Part shown: piece after piece, positions 62,826-64,000 of the stretch | Layout of the letters: each line of letters begins with the position of its first letter | How positions within the stretch are numbered: position 1 is the first letter of the stretch | From: an uncultured delta proteobacterium | Lineage (GTDB): Bacteria > Myxococcota_A > Polyangia > Haliangiales > Haliangiaceae | Assembly (NCBI GenBank): GCA_963743525.1 | Contig: CAVUQH010000008.1 | Coordinates: 64,001 to 128,000, forward strand | Direction of reading: 5' to 3' | DNA: 64,000 nt | The notes under the pieces: generated by a model | What the model was told of the DNA's origin: nothing | The model's input: the letters and a program-made list of their open reading frames with translations, nothing else | The model's database searches: none | Made by a program: the position numbers and the translations under genes

Positions 62826-64000
62826 TCACGATGCGATCTCGATCAGCGCGTGCAGCTTCACCGGTTGGGCGCGGCCGCGGATGTCGACCTCGCCGACCGA
62901 ACGCACCACCGCGCGCTCGCCCAGCGCCTCGCGGGTGGCGTCGCTGAGCAGGATGTCGGCGTCGAACGTCTTGGTCAGCTCCTCGATGCGCGCGGCCAGG
63001 TTGACGGTGTCGCCGATGGCCGTGTACTCGGAGCGGCTGGCCGAGCCGACCAGCCCGACGACCGCCGGGCCGCTGTGCAGCCCGATGCCGAGGCGCAGGT
63101 CGGGCAGGTTGCGCTCGGTGGCGACCGCGCGCAGATCGCGCTGGATGTCGACCGCGGCGCGAGCGGCGCCGGCCGCGTGGTCGGCATCGTCGCGCGGTGC
63201 GCCGAAGATCGCCATCAGCCCGTCGCCGGTGAACTTGTTGACGATGCCGCCGTGGCGCTCGACCGACTCGGCGGCGCGGTCGAGGAAGTCGTTGAGGAAC
63301 GCGACCACCCCGGCCGGCGAGCGCTCCTCGCTGAAGCGGGTGAAGGCACGGATGTCGGCGAACAGCACCGTGATGGCGCGCTCCTCGCCCAGCTGCGTCG
63401 AGCTGGTGTCGACCAGCAACGCCGCCACCGGCCGCGACACGTGGCGGCCGAGGGTCTCCTCGGCGCGCAGGCGGCGGCGCAAGCTGGCGATCAGCTCGCC
63501 GATGTTGCGGCGCATGAGCACCGAGACCAGGTAGGCGACGAAGCCGGCGAAGGCGAGGAAGATCGACCGCTGGCCGACGTTCCACGCCTGCAGGCTGGGC
63601 AATCGCTCGAGCAGCGTCGGATCGATGCGATCGCGGTAGACCAGGTAGAGCGCGAAGTACGAGACCGACGCCAGCACTCCGGTGTAGATGCTCAGCGCCC
63701 GGCGCAGGCGCACCGCCGACACCAGAATAGCGATGGCGTAGATGAACGCGGGCGCGCTGGTGAAGGCGTACTCGGGGCCCTGCATCTGCGCGTCCATCAC
63801 GATGACCGCGCTGACCGCCGAGATCTCGACGGTGGCATTGACCCAGTCGAGCCACGGCCGGTACAGGCCGCGGCGATACGCGAGCAGCATGCCCGACTCG
63901 TAGCCCGCCATCACGACCACGATCGTCGCCAGGCGCGGCGCCAGCGACGGGTTGATCACCAGCCACACGTAGGCGACGAACGGGACGGTGGTGGCGATCA
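62826..64000 (-). CDS. Membrane class III adenylate/guanylate cyclase, start outside window
   Basis: TM helices then LFADIRAFT, KFTGDGLMAIFG, YTAIGDTVNLAARIE. Confidence 0.92.
   Translation of the reverse strand, partial: IATTVPFVAYVWLVINPSLAPRLATIVVVMAGYESGMLLAYRRGLYRPWLDWVNATVEISAVSAVIVMDAQMQGPEYAFTSAPAFIYAIAILVSAVRLRRALSIYTGVLASVSYFALYLVYRDRIDPTLLERLPSLQAWNVGQRSIFLAFAGFVAYLVSVLMRRNIGELIASLRRRLRAEETLGRHVSRPVAALLVDTSSTQLGEERAITVLFADIRAFTRFSEERSPAGVVAFLNDFLDRAAESVERHGGIVNKFTGDGLMAIFGAPRDDADHAAGAARAAVDIQRDLRAVATERNLPDLRLGIGLHSGPAVVGLVGSASRSEYTAIGDTVNLAARIEELTKTFDADILLSDATREALGERAVVRSVGEVDIRGRAQPVKLHALIEIAS

Overview
Very GC-rich, gene-dense bacterial window. The gene repertoire (many lipoproteins, Ser/Thr kinases, an FHA sigma-54 activator, PilZ, bactofilin, ECF/anti-sigma cluster) suggests a myxobacterium (Myxococcota); this is inference. 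It holds about 60 mostly accessory CDSs; no rRNA, tRNA, CRISPR array, transposase or integrase was seen. Six otherwise intact genes carry single-base frameshifts, most likely long-read assembly errors. Best candidates for new biology: (1) a two-gene unit (28756-30356, minus) in which a small lipoprotein with eight P-x-x-E motifs and three Cys-bracketed repeats sits 10 bp upstream of a MurE-like ligase that lacks its N-terminal UDP-binding domain but keeps the DNPR diaminopimelate motif, a possible protein-modifying or cell-wall-tethering system; (2) a lipoprotein peroxiredoxin-like selenoprotein missed by the ORF track (in-frame TGA in W-U-P-D-C with a SECIS-like hairpin), near a VKOR-DsbA/OmpA-like/TlpA redox operon; (3) a pentapeptide-repeat/bactofilin fusion coupled to a bactofilin; (4) a sigma-54-type sqr-tusE-dsrE2 sulfur unit; (5) a 57-bp AT-rich repeat that supplies the stop codons of two unrelated genes, plus many leaderless-type promoters, including an overlapping bidirectional one. 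All product calls come from motif recognition by eye, with no database search.
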